From positions 1 through 40,261 of the forward strand of contig JACQRD010000080.1 in the NCBI GenBank assembly GCA_016206675.1: a stretch of 40,261 nt of DNA. Reading direction: 5' to 3'. Shown here piece by piece: positions 7,343-15,017 of the stretch. Numbering within the stretch: position 1 is the first letter of the stretch; each line of letters opens with the position of its first letter. The translations under genes and the position numbers were made by a program. A model generated the notes under the pieces. The model saw only the letters and a list, made by a program, of their open reading frames with translations, had not been told where the DNA came from and ran no database searches. The stretch is from Candidatus Omnitrophota bacterium (GTDB lineage Bacteria > Omnitrophota > Gorgyraeia > Aquiviventales > Aquiviventaceae).

Positions 7343-7353
7343 CCTCCAGCTTC
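7298..7353. repeat. Heptamer-periodic palindromic element of the CTGGAAG/CCTCCAG family, covering the ispH 3' end and stop codon.
   Basis: Arm 7298-7312 is ctggaagctggaagc, the core contains GAAACCGGATC (7315-7325), and arm 7328-7353 is gcctccagcctctagcctccagcttc. It is related to 22913-22982. Confidence 0.85.
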
Positions 7354-7358
7354 GACGC

Positions 7359-7772
7359 ATGAAATCCTTCACCGAGTACCTCTGGTTCGACACTCCGAAG
7401 CGGCAGGACCTGGTCAACATCACCGACCAGATTGAGGCCCTCGTCAAGAAGAGCGGTGTTCAAGACGGCTTCTGCCTCGTTTCCGCCATGCACATTACAG
7501 CGAGCATCTGGGTCAATGACGACGAGGAGGGGCTGTGGGAGGATTTCTGGCGGCTGCTCGAGCGGCTGGCACCTTCCGGGCAGGAGTACAAGCACCACTT
7601 AACCGGCGAGGATAACGGCGACGCCCACCTGAAGCGCACGCTGGTCGGCCACCAGGCGATGCTGCCAATTACCAAAGGCGCGCTCGATCTGGGCCCTTGG
7701 GAGCAAATCTTCTACGCGGAATTCGACGGGCGGCGGAAGAAACGCGTGGTCGTCAAGATCCTGGGGCAGTGA
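7359..7772 (+). CDS. yjbQ: YjbQ/UPF0047 family protein (secondary thiamine-phosphate synthase type)
   Basis: 137-aa ORF with characteristic family length and motifs (SAMHITASIWVNDDE, HLKRTLVG, ILGQ C-terminus). Confidence 0.85.
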   Translation: MKSFTEYLWFDTPKRQDLVNITDQIEALVKKSGVQDGFCLVSAMHITASIWVNDDEEGLWEDFWRLLERLAPSGQEYKHHLTGEDNGDAHLKRTLVGHQAMLPITKGALDLGPWEQIFYAEFDGRRKKRVVVKILGQ

Positions 7773-7791
7773 CGCGCCCCGGCGGCCGGTG

Positions 7792-9468
7792 TTAGCGGCC
7801 GGTCCACGTCACCAGGGAGGTGGTGATTTCGTCCGGATCCGGTGCGAGCGGCCCTTCCTGGCCGATGTCCAGGTGATCCGACTCCAGCTCGATGACCACT
7901 TCGTTGCCCACCACATACTGGATGGCGAGCGGATTCTGGCAGCCGTCCTCGCTCTCCGAACAAGACCGGGAGCGCAGGACCACCAGCGATTCCGGCGCAT
8001 AAATCGACCCCTGAAAGTCATCCCCGGGCCGCATGAAGATCAGGCCGTGGGGCGATTGGCGGTCCGGTCTGGCTTTGAGCGCCGATTGCAGGATTTCCAC
8101 GGTTTGCGGTGTGCCGGCATCGTCGTGGGCGGAGATGGTCGCCGACAGCTCCAGGTTCCACATGGAGCGCAGCCCGAAACTGCTGAGTAATTCCTGCGTC
8201 ATCGGAAACGTCGGCAGACCCGGCAGCTTGAAGGGAGTCCCCACCAGACTGTAGGGCGTGCTACCGGTCAAAATCAAGGTGGTGGGCTTCCTGAACACCA
8301 GCTGGGGGGGGCTGTTGATGATGTCCCCGCCCCATGAACTGAGGTCGCTGCTGGGCACGATGGCCTTGGCACACAACACGATGACCTGGCTGGCCTCCTT
8401 CCCATTGCCCCGGTCCTTGATCGACCCGTCGCAGGTTACGCCAGGCGTGTTGGAGCCCTTTTCGTCATCGCACTCGAACCCGTTGTCGATCGTCACGACG
8501 GGTTGCGTCAGCGTCAGCACGTGGTTGCAGCTGCGGGTGTTGAACATGCTCGCCGTTTCGGCGAGGCCGACGGAGACTGCCCCCTCCACATAGTCGCTGG
8601 TGCCGGCCGCGGTGGCGTTGGGGTTGACGAACGTCACACCGGTCTCCTCAGGCGCCGCTGCCTCCGGGCCGTAGCTGGTTCCCTTAACACCCTGCATCAG
8701 CTCATAGCCTGTCTTGATCCCCTTCAGATCATCGCTGGCGTTGGTGCCCCAGTTGGTGACTTTGTCCCCCAGTGGCGAGGCGACCGTTACCGGCGGGTCG
8801 CTCTCTGACAAGCCGATCAACCCGTCCAGGCGAAGAACCGAATCTCCCGCGTGGGTCGTCTGCCAGGCGTGGGTCAACGTGTTCATGATGGTCTCGCCAC
8901 CAGGTGAAGGGTTGATCGCCGAGAGCACGGAACCGCGGGATGACAGTACGTTCCCGCTGACGAACGCCTTGGAGGTCTCGGTTAACTTGCCGCCGCCGAT
9001 GGCGATCGTGCCATTCGCCCAGACGCCGGTCAACGGCCCCTCCTCCTTGACGTAGGCCGTAACCTTCTGCGGCCCGGACGAAGCGGCCGTGCTTTTGGCC
9101 TCGATCTTGTAAATGATCTCTTGCTGCGGATTGAACACATAGTTGGCCTTGTGGCGGCTCTTGCCGTTGGTGTCGTTGTAAATCTTGGCGTGGACCGGAA
9201 CAATCCTGAAGGTCGCGCCGGGCAGCGACTTCACGTCATGCGTGGTCATCGCGGTCAGGGCGTCGGTCTTGTTGTGGACGAAGAAATGATCCAGGGCGCC
9301 TTCCGACATCCAGAAGGCCTGTTGGGTGTCACGGGAGACCTGCGAAGCGCGCACTTCGGTGTTGGTGCGCTGCAGTGACACCCCCCCCAGCAGGAGGAGG
9401 ATGAGGGCGGACAGATAGACCGCGAGCAGAAAGACGGCCCCGCGGTCATTCTTGAGCGATACGTTCAT
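7792..9468 (-). CDS. Large exported or membrane-anchored protein with a PilX-like (type IV pilus minor pilin/adhesin) N-terminal domain
   Basis: Strong Shine-Dalgarno site (GAAGGAGCAAG then ATG). The N-terminus DRGAVFLLAVYLSALILLLLGGVSLQRTNTEVRASQVSRDTQQAFWMSEGAL matches the PilX_N pattern of a TM helix followed by AF..AE.GL. I recognise no family in the remaining ~490 aa, which look beta-rich. Confidence 0.6.
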   Translation of the reverse strand: MNVSLKNDRGAVFLLAVYLSALILLLLGGVSLQRTNTEVRASQVSRDTQQAFWMSEGALDHFFVHNKTDALTAMTTHDVKSLPGATFRIVPVHAKIYNDTNGKSRHKANYVFNPQQEIIYKIEAKSTAASSGPQKVTAYVKEEGPLTGVWANGTIAIGGGKLTETSKAFVSGNVLSSRGSVLSAINPSPGGETIMNTLTHAWQTTHAGDSVLRLDGLIGLSESDPPVTVASPLGDKVTNWGTNASDDLKGIKTGYELMQGVKGTSYGPEAAAPEETGVTFVNPNATAAGTSDYVEGAVSVGLAETASMFNTRSCNHVLTLTQPVVTIDNGFECDDEKGSNTPGVTCDGSIKDRGNGKEASQVIVLCAKAIVPSSDLSSWGGDIINSPPQLVFRKPTTLILTGSTPYSLVGTPFKLPGLPTFPMTQELLSSFGLRSMWNLELSATISAHDDAGTPQTVEILQSALKARPDRQSPHGLIFMRPGDDFQGSIYAPESLVVLRSRSCSESEDGCQNPLAIQYVVGNEVVIELESDHLDIGQEGPLAPDPDEITTSLVTWTGR

Positions 9469-9602
9469 CTTGCTCCTTCGGCAACCCCGCTATCCCTCGA
9501 CTCGGCCGCTCACGCGGCCTCGCTCGGGACCGGAAGCTTTGCGACCCCGGATTGCTCCGGGTGTGCGTTTATCGAGAGCCCTGATCTGCCAACACCTTAA
9601 GT

Positions 9603-10820
9603 TTACCTGATCTCGCCGCGGCGCAGCAAGCGGACGAGATCGAGGTGATGGTAGGCGCCTTTTGCGGCCGGCGTCTGGGCGCCGGCATTGGCCACCCACA
9701 GATCAGGCCACGCGAAGATCACGCTCTGGATGTTGGAATCTGGAGCGACGGCCTTTGCAATCTCTTGTGCAGCAAGAGGATCCAGCGAACCAAAGCGCGC
9801 CTGAAGACCGGCGGCCTGCCCCAGATAGCGGACATCGTACGCTGAGCTGCCTGCGGGATCTTCCAGCCCAGGCCGTTGCGGATCGCCCCGGGAGGCGGTT
9901 TGCCGGTCGCGAATCGCCGGGTCCATCGCGGCATCCGCCCGCAGCACGGCATCCGGCAGCGGCCGCGCATAGCTGACGGCGTGCTCCTGTGGATCGTCAG
10001 CCGCAAACACGCGCGCGAGCGTATGGGTCGTCTCCATCGCGATCGCCCGGCGCGCCTTGGCGTCGGCCACCACGTAATTCACGCCGACGGTGCGGCGGGC
10101 CTCGCGAATGATCCGGGAGGCTTCGTCCAGCTCGCCGGCATGCTCCAGCACGCGGCGCATCAGGAAGGCCATCGGCTCACCGGCAAAGCTGAGATCCGTC
10201 GTCGCCGCGCCGACCTGGCCGAGGGAAATCTGCGCCTCGTTGACGCCGGTCAGCAGGCCGACAAAGCCTGCCCACCCGACGCTGACAAAGGCGCGCTTCC
10301 CGATGGGGTGAATAACAAAAACGGCGGGGTACTGCTGGATGCCGGCCTTAATGTTCCAGTCCAGGTTGCGCAAATGGATCAGGCGCCCATTCGCGGTGGT
10401 CCGTCCCCAGGCGGCAAAGTTGGCGCAGGAGTAGGTACGCTCCGGAATGGCGTGCAGGCGGTACAGCTCGCGCACAGCCACACCGGAGCCCTCAGCCACA
10501 CCCCGCAGCTCCTCCCAAATCTCCGATGGAATAAAGGGCGCGGCCCGCCCCCACGCGGCGTCCAACCACCAGTTGGCGGCGAGTGTCCGCACCAGCGGCA
10601 GCTTCAAGTAGCGGCGGAAATGGCGCAGGACCTGGCCGACGGCGGCCTGCACCTGCTGCCGCAAGAGCTGCCCGTGCTGCCGGCCTATGTCGTAGGGGCG
10701 GCCCTCGAGATAGACGACCGTGAGGCCATTGATCTCTTCAACCTTGGCCGCCCATGCGTTAGCACACAGCACACAGCAGACAGCACACAGCACAAACCAT
10801 ATCCGAGCCAGATGTCTCAT
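9603..10820 (-). CDS. Exported C45-family (acyl-CoA:6-aminopenicillanic-acid acyltransferase-like) Ntn hydrolase
   Basis: Signal peptide MRHLARIWFVLCAVCCVLCANAWA. The YSCANFAAWGRTTANGRLIHLRNLDW region is typical of C45/choloylglycine-like Ntn hydrolases. Its ATG overlaps the upstream stop as ATGA (10817-10820). Confidence 0.6.
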   Translation of the reverse strand: MRHLARIWFVLCAVCCVLCANAWAAKVEEINGLTVVYLEGRPYDIGRQHGQLLRQQVQAAVGQVLRHFRRYLKLPLVRTLAANWWLDAAWGRAAPFIPSEIWEELRGVAEGSGVAVRELYRLHAIPERTYSCANFAAWGRTTANGRLIHLRNLDWNIKAGIQQYPAVFVIHPIGKRAFVSVGWAGFVGLLTGVNEAQISLGQVGAATTDLSFAGEPMAFLMRRVLEHAGELDEASRIIREARRTVGVNYVVADAKARRAIAMETTHTLARVFAADDPQEHAVSYARPLPDAVLRADAAMDPAIRDRQTASRGDPQRPGLEDPAGSSAYDVRYLGQAAGLQARFGSLDPLAAQEIAKAVAPDSNIQSVIFAWPDLWVANAGAQTPAAKGAYHHLDLVRLLRRGEIR

Positions 10821-10859
10821 GGCCTGACACTGTTTGCTGTTTGCTGTTTGCTGTTTGCT
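10761..10859 (-). repeat. Heptamer-periodic palindromic element of the CAGCAAA/CTGTGTG family, straddling the ceramidase/C45 gene junction.
   Basis: Plus-strand arms are 10761-10797 and 10830-10859. The 32-nt loop carries the ATGA stop/start overlap. In the sense direction, the first arm encodes the ceramidase tail SKQQTANSVRP and the second arm encodes the C45 signal peptide. Confidence 0.9.
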
Positions 10860-12151
10860 ACTGAATCGAGCAGTTCGATCAGGCGAGCCACGACGAGCTC
10901 GCCCGCGTGGGGCCCGTTAAAGCCCATCAGCGCTTCATACTCGCCCGACTCGTACCTCGCAGCGGGCATGCAGTAGCCGATGTAGTCGTTGGCGAACCCG
11001 GCCACGATAGGAAACAGGCCCCTCGCTCGGGCGGCTTCTTTCAGCTGCCGCCCCAGCGAGGCGGAGAGATCGCAGGGTGCGCCGAACCAGACCGCCTCAC
11101 CGATTCGCACCACCGACACCGTCGCATCATCGTCGACGAACCGGCGGCTCAGCCATGACGGCAGCGCCACGTGGCGGCTGAAGCGCAGGCGCGCCGGCGG
11201 CAGCAGCAGCCGCTGCTGCAGCGCCTGCACGGCCGAAACCGGCTGGGGGGAGGCGCCCGCCAGCACGCGCTCGGCATGCCGCGCTAACGGCGCGCCGAGG
11301 AACTCCGCCCGCTCGAAGCGATCGCCGGATTTCACCGGCGCCTGATCGCCCACCGACGCTGCAAAGAACACCGCCACCGCCTGGGGAAACCGCTGCTCAA
11401 GCTCGCGGATGACCACGCCGGGATAATCCGCCGAGAGCTCCATGTTCCAAGCCCCCAACGTCGTCGGGTGGGCCGCGAAGGCGACCATCACCGCCAACGG
11501 CGTTGAGCTGCCGCGTTCATAGAACGCGCAGACCGGCAGCTCATTGTCGACGAAGCCGCCCTCTTCCACGCGATTCGTCACCAGCCCGTCGGGGGAGGCG
11601 CAGGCGCACGCCATGGCGGCCGGCCGGCGCGCCCGGTACGCGTGACCGATGGCGCGGCTGGCCGACGAGACGATCGCGTCAAAGACCGCCGGGTCAAAGT
11701 GCCCCATGGAAATTTTCTCAAGGAATCGGCTGCCGTAGGCGCCCGGGCCCGAGTGGGTATGCGTGGCCGAGAAGAACAGGGTGGTGCCAGCCGGCAGGCC
11801 TTCGGCGGCCAGCCGCCGCTCAACCGCCGCGAAGAGCCGCTCGTCAACAATCAGCAGGTCGCCGCTGGCCATGGCGACGGTCGTCTCCTCGTCTTGGAGC
11901 ACGAGGGCCCGCACGCCCACCGGATCGTGCCGGCCGGTGGACGGACGGCCCTTGCGGCGGCTGTACCCTGCCAGCGGCACCTTCGCTGGTAACTGGAACT
12001 CCTCTTTCGCGACCCCGACCGTGACCTCAGCCCATGCCCCCAGCGGAAGACAGCTCAGAAACAGTCCGCAGACGGCAGACGGCAGACGGCAGCGCTTCCA
12101 TGTTCTGCGGACTGCGGACTGCGGACTACGGACTGCCATGCAGCTTCTCAC
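10817..12151 (-). CDS. Exported neutral/alkaline ceramidase-family amidohydrolase
   Basis: GYSRRKGRPSTGRHDPVGVRALVL and SATHTHSGPG motifs are typical of the neutral ceramidase N-terminal domain. Signal peptide ...RCRLPSAVCGLFLSCLPLGAWA. The start is GTG 12151 or ATG 12139, and either overlaps the cca 3' end. Confidence 0.7.
   Translation of the reverse strand: MRSCMAVRSPQSAVRRTWKRCRLPSAVCGLFLSCLPLGAWAEVTVGVAKEEFQLPAKVPLAGYSRRKGRPSTGRHDPVGVRALVLQDEETTVAMASGDLLIVDERLFAAVERRLAAEGLPAGTTLFFSATHTHSGPGAYGSRFLEKISMGHFDPAVFDAIVSSASRAIGHAYRARRPAAMACACASPDGLVTNRVEEGGFVDNELPVCAFYERGSSTPLAVMVAFAAHPTTLGAWNMELSADYPGVVIRELEQRFPQAVAVFFAASVGDQAPVKSGDRFERAEFLGAPLARHAERVLAGASPQPVSAVQALQQRLLLPPARLRFSRHVALPSWLSRRFVDDDATVSVVRIGEAVWFGAPCDLSASLGRQLKEAARARGLFPIVAGFANDYIGYCMPAARYESGEYEALMGFNGPHAGELVVARLIELLDSVANSKQQTANSVRP
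12062..12135 (-). repeat. Heptamer-periodic imperfect palindrome (GCAGACG versus CTGCGGA/GTCCGTA words) across the cca/ceramidase junction.
   Basis: Arm 12062-12092 is cagtccgcag(acggcag)x3 and arm 12105-12135 is (ctgcgga)x3ctacggactg. Only about 5 of 7 positions per word are complementary. It contains the cca stop (12126-12128) and encodes part of the ceramidase signal peptide. Confidence 0.75.
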
Positions 12152-13598
12152 GAGCCAAGACCAGCGCTTCCTCGGTGGTGCGAACGCGCCCTTCGGCTTG
12201 CGCCTCTTCGATGGCGGCGAGCAACTCGCCGATCACGGGACCGGGTTTCAGGCTGAAGATCTGCATGAGCTGATGCCCGTCAATGAGCCGCGGCGGCCGC
12301 ACCACCTCCTCGGCCTTGAAGAAATAGGCGTTGAGCATCTCTTCAAGGAAGGCCCGCTGCTGATCCACCTGGTCAAGGCGGGAGTGAGCCCCGCGGGTGG
12401 CCATGCGGTCGGCCCACCATTCCAGCAGGCAGGCGGGGCCATCGTCTCCCAAATCTTTGAAGAACCGATACACGGCCCGGCGGGTCAGTTGCGGCTCTCG
12501 GCTTAAGAAACCCGGCCGCAGATGATGGAGCACGAGCCGGCAGACCAGCTCCGCCTCCCGGTTGGACAACTTGAGCCGCTCCACCGCCGCCTGGGCCAGC
12601 GGCAGGCCGGTGTGTTCGTGGCCGAGGAACCAAATCTCCCCATCGGGATGCACTTGGCGGCTCGACGGCTTGCCGACATCATGCAGCAGCGCGGCGAGCT
12701 TGATCAGCGCCCGATGGGAGCGGCGCTCCACGGGCTCGCGGGCGCAGTAGGCCTCCAGCGGCCGGCGCAGCGGCTCGGAAAATTCTGCGAAGTCCGCCAA
12801 GAAGCGGTCGGCCTGGCGGACCGCCTCCAGCTCGTGCGCGAGCACGTCCAAATGATGAAACGGTCCCTGGTCCATGCCGCGGCCCGCGCTGAGCTCGGGC
12901 ACCAGCACATCCAGCGCCCCCAGCGTTTCAAGACCCTGCAGCGCGGCGGCCGATGCGTTCGTCTCCAGGATGGCGAAGAGCTCATCGCGGATCCGCTCGC
13001 CTGAAACGGTGGAGAGCCGGCCGACGCTCTCCTCCATGAGCGTTCCCATGGAGGGCGCGAGCGTAAATCCGAGCTGAGCGGAAAACCGGAAGGCCCGCAG
13101 AATGCGGACCGGATCCTCCGCGAAGGTGCCGGCAAAGCACGCCGCCACTTCGCGGCGGCGCAGTGCGGCCTGCCCACCGAGCGGATCGACGAGAGGGCCG
13201 GGCTGCTGCGGGCAGCGCAGCCAATCCGCCAGGGCGACCGCCATCGCGTTGATGGTGAAATCGCGCCGGCCGAGATCCGCTTCCAGCGTCGGGCCGCGAT
13301 AGTCGCTTACGTCGAACTCATACCGCCGGCCGTCGGCGCTGACGATGAGGCGGGCCGTCCCAGCCAGCTCATCCAGCGGCACGAAGGCCGCCGGCAGCTC
13401 GGCGGCAAGCTCCCGGGCCACCGCGAGGGCGTGCCGTGGGATGGCGAGATCCACGTTGACCGATCGCGCGGTGCGGCCCAGCAGCTGATCGCGCACCAAT
13501 CCGCCGACGACGAAGGCCGGCACCCGGCGGGCCTCCATGAACGCGCGGATGCGGACCATCATCTCGATGAGTCGGCGATCGATGGATGGGGCAGACAT
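12126..13598 (-). CDS. cca: CCA-adding tRNA nucleotidyltransferase / poly(A) polymerase family protein with an HD domain
   Basis: Nucleotidyltransferase head (VVGGLVRDQLLG, DLA) plus an HD motif (AALLHDVGKP). ATG 13598 (MSAPSIDRR...) is preferred over the track start 13685. Confidence 0.85.
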   Translation of the reverse strand: MSAPSIDRRLIEMMVRIRAFMEARRVPAFVVGGLVRDQLLGRTARSVNVDLAIPRHALAVARELAAELPAAFVPLDELAGTARLIVSADGRRYEFDVSDYRGPTLEADLGRRDFTINAMAVALADWLRCPQQPGPLVDPLGGQAALRRREVAACFAGTFAEDPVRILRAFRFSAQLGFTLAPSMGTLMEESVGRLSTVSGERIRDELFAILETNASAAALQGLETLGALDVLVPELSAGRGMDQGPFHHLDVLAHELEAVRQADRFLADFAEFSEPLRRPLEAYCAREPVERRSHRALIKLAALLHDVGKPSSRQVHPDGEIWFLGHEHTGLPLAQAAVERLKLSNREAELVCRLVLHHLRPGFLSREPQLTRRAVYRFFKDLGDDGPACLLEWWADRMATRGAHSRLDQVDQQRAFLEEMLNAYFFKAEEVVRPPRLIDGHQLMQIFSLKPGPVIGELLAAIEEAQAEGRVRTTEEALVLAREKLHGSP

Positions 13599-13624
13599 CG
13601 TCAACCGATGGGTATCACGCGCAC

Positions 13625-13652
13625 TTGACAAGCGTTCGATCCCTGGCACAAT
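13625..13652 (+). promoter_or_regulatory. Candidate sigma70 promoter of the TPR gene
   Basis: Perfect TTGACA (13625-13630), 16-nt spacer, TGg-CACAAT extended -10 (13644-13652), AGGAG at 13653-13657, then ATG 13669. Confidence 0.5.
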
Positions 13653-13668
13653 AGGAGCATCATTCGCA

Positions 13669-14109
13669 ATGCCTAGACGCACCAAGTCGGAAGAGTTCCT
13701 CGATTTCGAAATTCACTTTTACGAACGGCTGCTCACCGCGCATCCCGATTTTTCCGAAGTGCTGATCCCGCTGGCCGAAGCCTACACCCGCCGCGGCCTC
13801 CACGATAAGGGATTGCAGGTGGATCTGCGGCTGACCCAGCTGCACCGCCAGGATCCGATCGCGTGGTACAACCTCGCCTGCAGCTATGCCCTGCTGAAGC
13901 GGCTGGACGAATCCCTTGACGCCCTGCACCGAGCGTGTGAGCTGGGTTACGCTGACCTGAATCACCTGCGCCGGGATCCGGATCTGGCGAACATCCGCCA
14001 TTCCCCGAAATACCGGCAACTGCTGGATGCCTTCGCCGCCCTTAAGGTAGCGCCGGCGCGCCCGGCGCTTCCGCACCCGAAGCCGCACACCGGCCCTCCA
14101 CCCGCCTAG
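13669..14109 (+). CDS. Small TPR-like repeat protein
   Basis: 146-aa ORF from ATG 13669. It has helical-repeat motifs (AWYNLACSYALLKRLDESLDALHRACELGY) and a proline-rich tail. The track ORF starts at 13537, inside cca. Confidence 0.6.
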   Translation: MPRRTKSEEFLDFEIHFYERLLTAHPDFSEVLIPLAEAYTRRGLHDKGLQVDLRLTQLHRQDPIAWYNLACSYALLKRLDESLDALHRACELGYADLNHLRRDPDLANIRHSPKYRQLLDAFAALKVAPARPALPHPKPHTGPPPA

Positions 14110-14741
14110 CGCAGCTGCCACAGCCCGCGACGGCCGTCGCGCGCTTCCCGCGAGAGCGCGCGGAACTCTTCGGCATGGGCGACATTCGGCGGAATCGTCA
14201 TCGGCTGCGCAAAACCTTCGCGCACCAGCTGCGCGTTGACCAACAGCTCGCGTGTCGGCTCCCCTGAACCTGACGGCTCGACGAGGTAGACGTACGCGAG
14301 CCACCGCCCGTAGCGGTCATGCGTCTCGACGTCAAACTCCAGCCGCACGCGCTTGCCTTCCACCAGCTGCCGATTGCGCTCGGCCGCTTCCCGGCCGAAG
14401 GGCTCCGGATCCTCCACCCAGTGATCCCCGCGCCGCCGCCGCACTTCCGGGGTGTCGATGCCGATGTAGCGGATGAGCCGCCCGTCGGACAATTCAATGG
14501 TGTCACCGTCGATGACCCGGCGGACAATGACTTCGGAGGGTGTGGCGCGAGCAGCGTGGCCAGCGCCGCGCCCGACGGCCGCCAGGATGGCGGCCGTTCC
14601 AACAACGAGCGCCGTAACGGAGTGACGGAGCAGGCGGCGCTGCGCGGCGGCGCTAGCGCTTGAGGGGACGGCCGACCTTCGCTTCAAGCGACTGGACCTT
14701 CTGGACGATCCGGCCGCCGCCGGGCTTGTCTTTGCGGTCAT
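14106..14741 (-). CDS. Membrane-anchored or exported thermonuclease (SNase-fold nuclease)
   Basis: VIDGDTIEL..IRYIGIDTPE, RYGRWLAYVY and GLWQ motifs are typical of staphylococcal-nuclease homologues, preceded by an N-terminal hydrophobic segment (VTALVVGTAAILAAV). The start is uncertain: ATG 14741 overlaps the upstream gene by 89 nt, and I found no in-frame ATG or GTG between 14653 and 14741. Confidence 0.8.
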   Translation of the reverse strand: MTAKTSPAAAGSSRRSSRLKRRSAVPSSASAAAQRRLLRHSVTALVVGTAAILAAVGRGAGHAARATPSEVIVRRVIDGDTIELSDGRLIRYIGIDTPEVRRRRGDHWVEDPEPFGREAAERNRQLVEGKRVRLEFDVETHDRYGRWLAYVYLVEPSGSGEPTRELLVNAQLVREGFAQPMTIPPNVAHAEEFRALSREARDGRRGLWQLR

Positions 14742-14967
14742 CGATGCGGATGGTGGTCATGACGCGGTTCGTCGAGCGCAGCACCGCCAGATGGCACTGT
14801 TTCGCCAGGACCATGATCCGGTCCCACTCTCCCTCCACCACGGTGCCCATGGCGCCGACGCGGTAATCCAACCCGCTCTGGTCGATGAGCTTCGCCACCT
14901 CAGCCAGCAACGTGCTGAGGCTGGGACTCTCCGTTCCGATGGGCACGATCTCTAGCTCGGCGAGCAT
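14653..14967 (-). CDS. MTH1187/YkoF-like (UPF0045) thiamine-binding-fold protein
   Basis: 104-aa ORF. The MLAELEIVPIGT N-terminus and overall size are typical of the family. Confidence 0.75.
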   Translation of the reverse strand: MLAELEIVPIGTESPSLSTLLAEVAKLIDQSGLDYRVGAMGTVVEGEWDRIMVLAKQCHLAVLRSTNRVMTTIRIDDRKDKPGGGRIVQKVQSLEAKVGRPLKR

Positions 14968-14973
14968 GCGTCC

Positions 14974-15003
14974 ACTATACCAAAAAGGTGCGACCGCCGT
15001 CCA
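14974..15003 (-). promoter_or_regulatory. Candidate promoter giving a leaderless mRNA for the MTH1187-like gene
   Basis: The minus strand reads TGGACG, 18-nt spacer, TATAGT, then 6 nt (ggacgc) and ATG (14967). There is no Shine-Dalgarno sequence. Confidence 0.45.
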
Positions 15004-15017
15004 TGCGCGTCATTGCT

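Noticed and set aside
9469-9602. Possible regulatory RNA or heptad element in the 134-bp spacer upstream of the PilX-like gene.
   Set aside because: It contains only short GC hairpins (ggccgc-tcac-gcggcc, cccgg-n6-ccggg), with no period-7 words and no convincing -35/-10 pair by eye. There is not enough evidence to call a feature.
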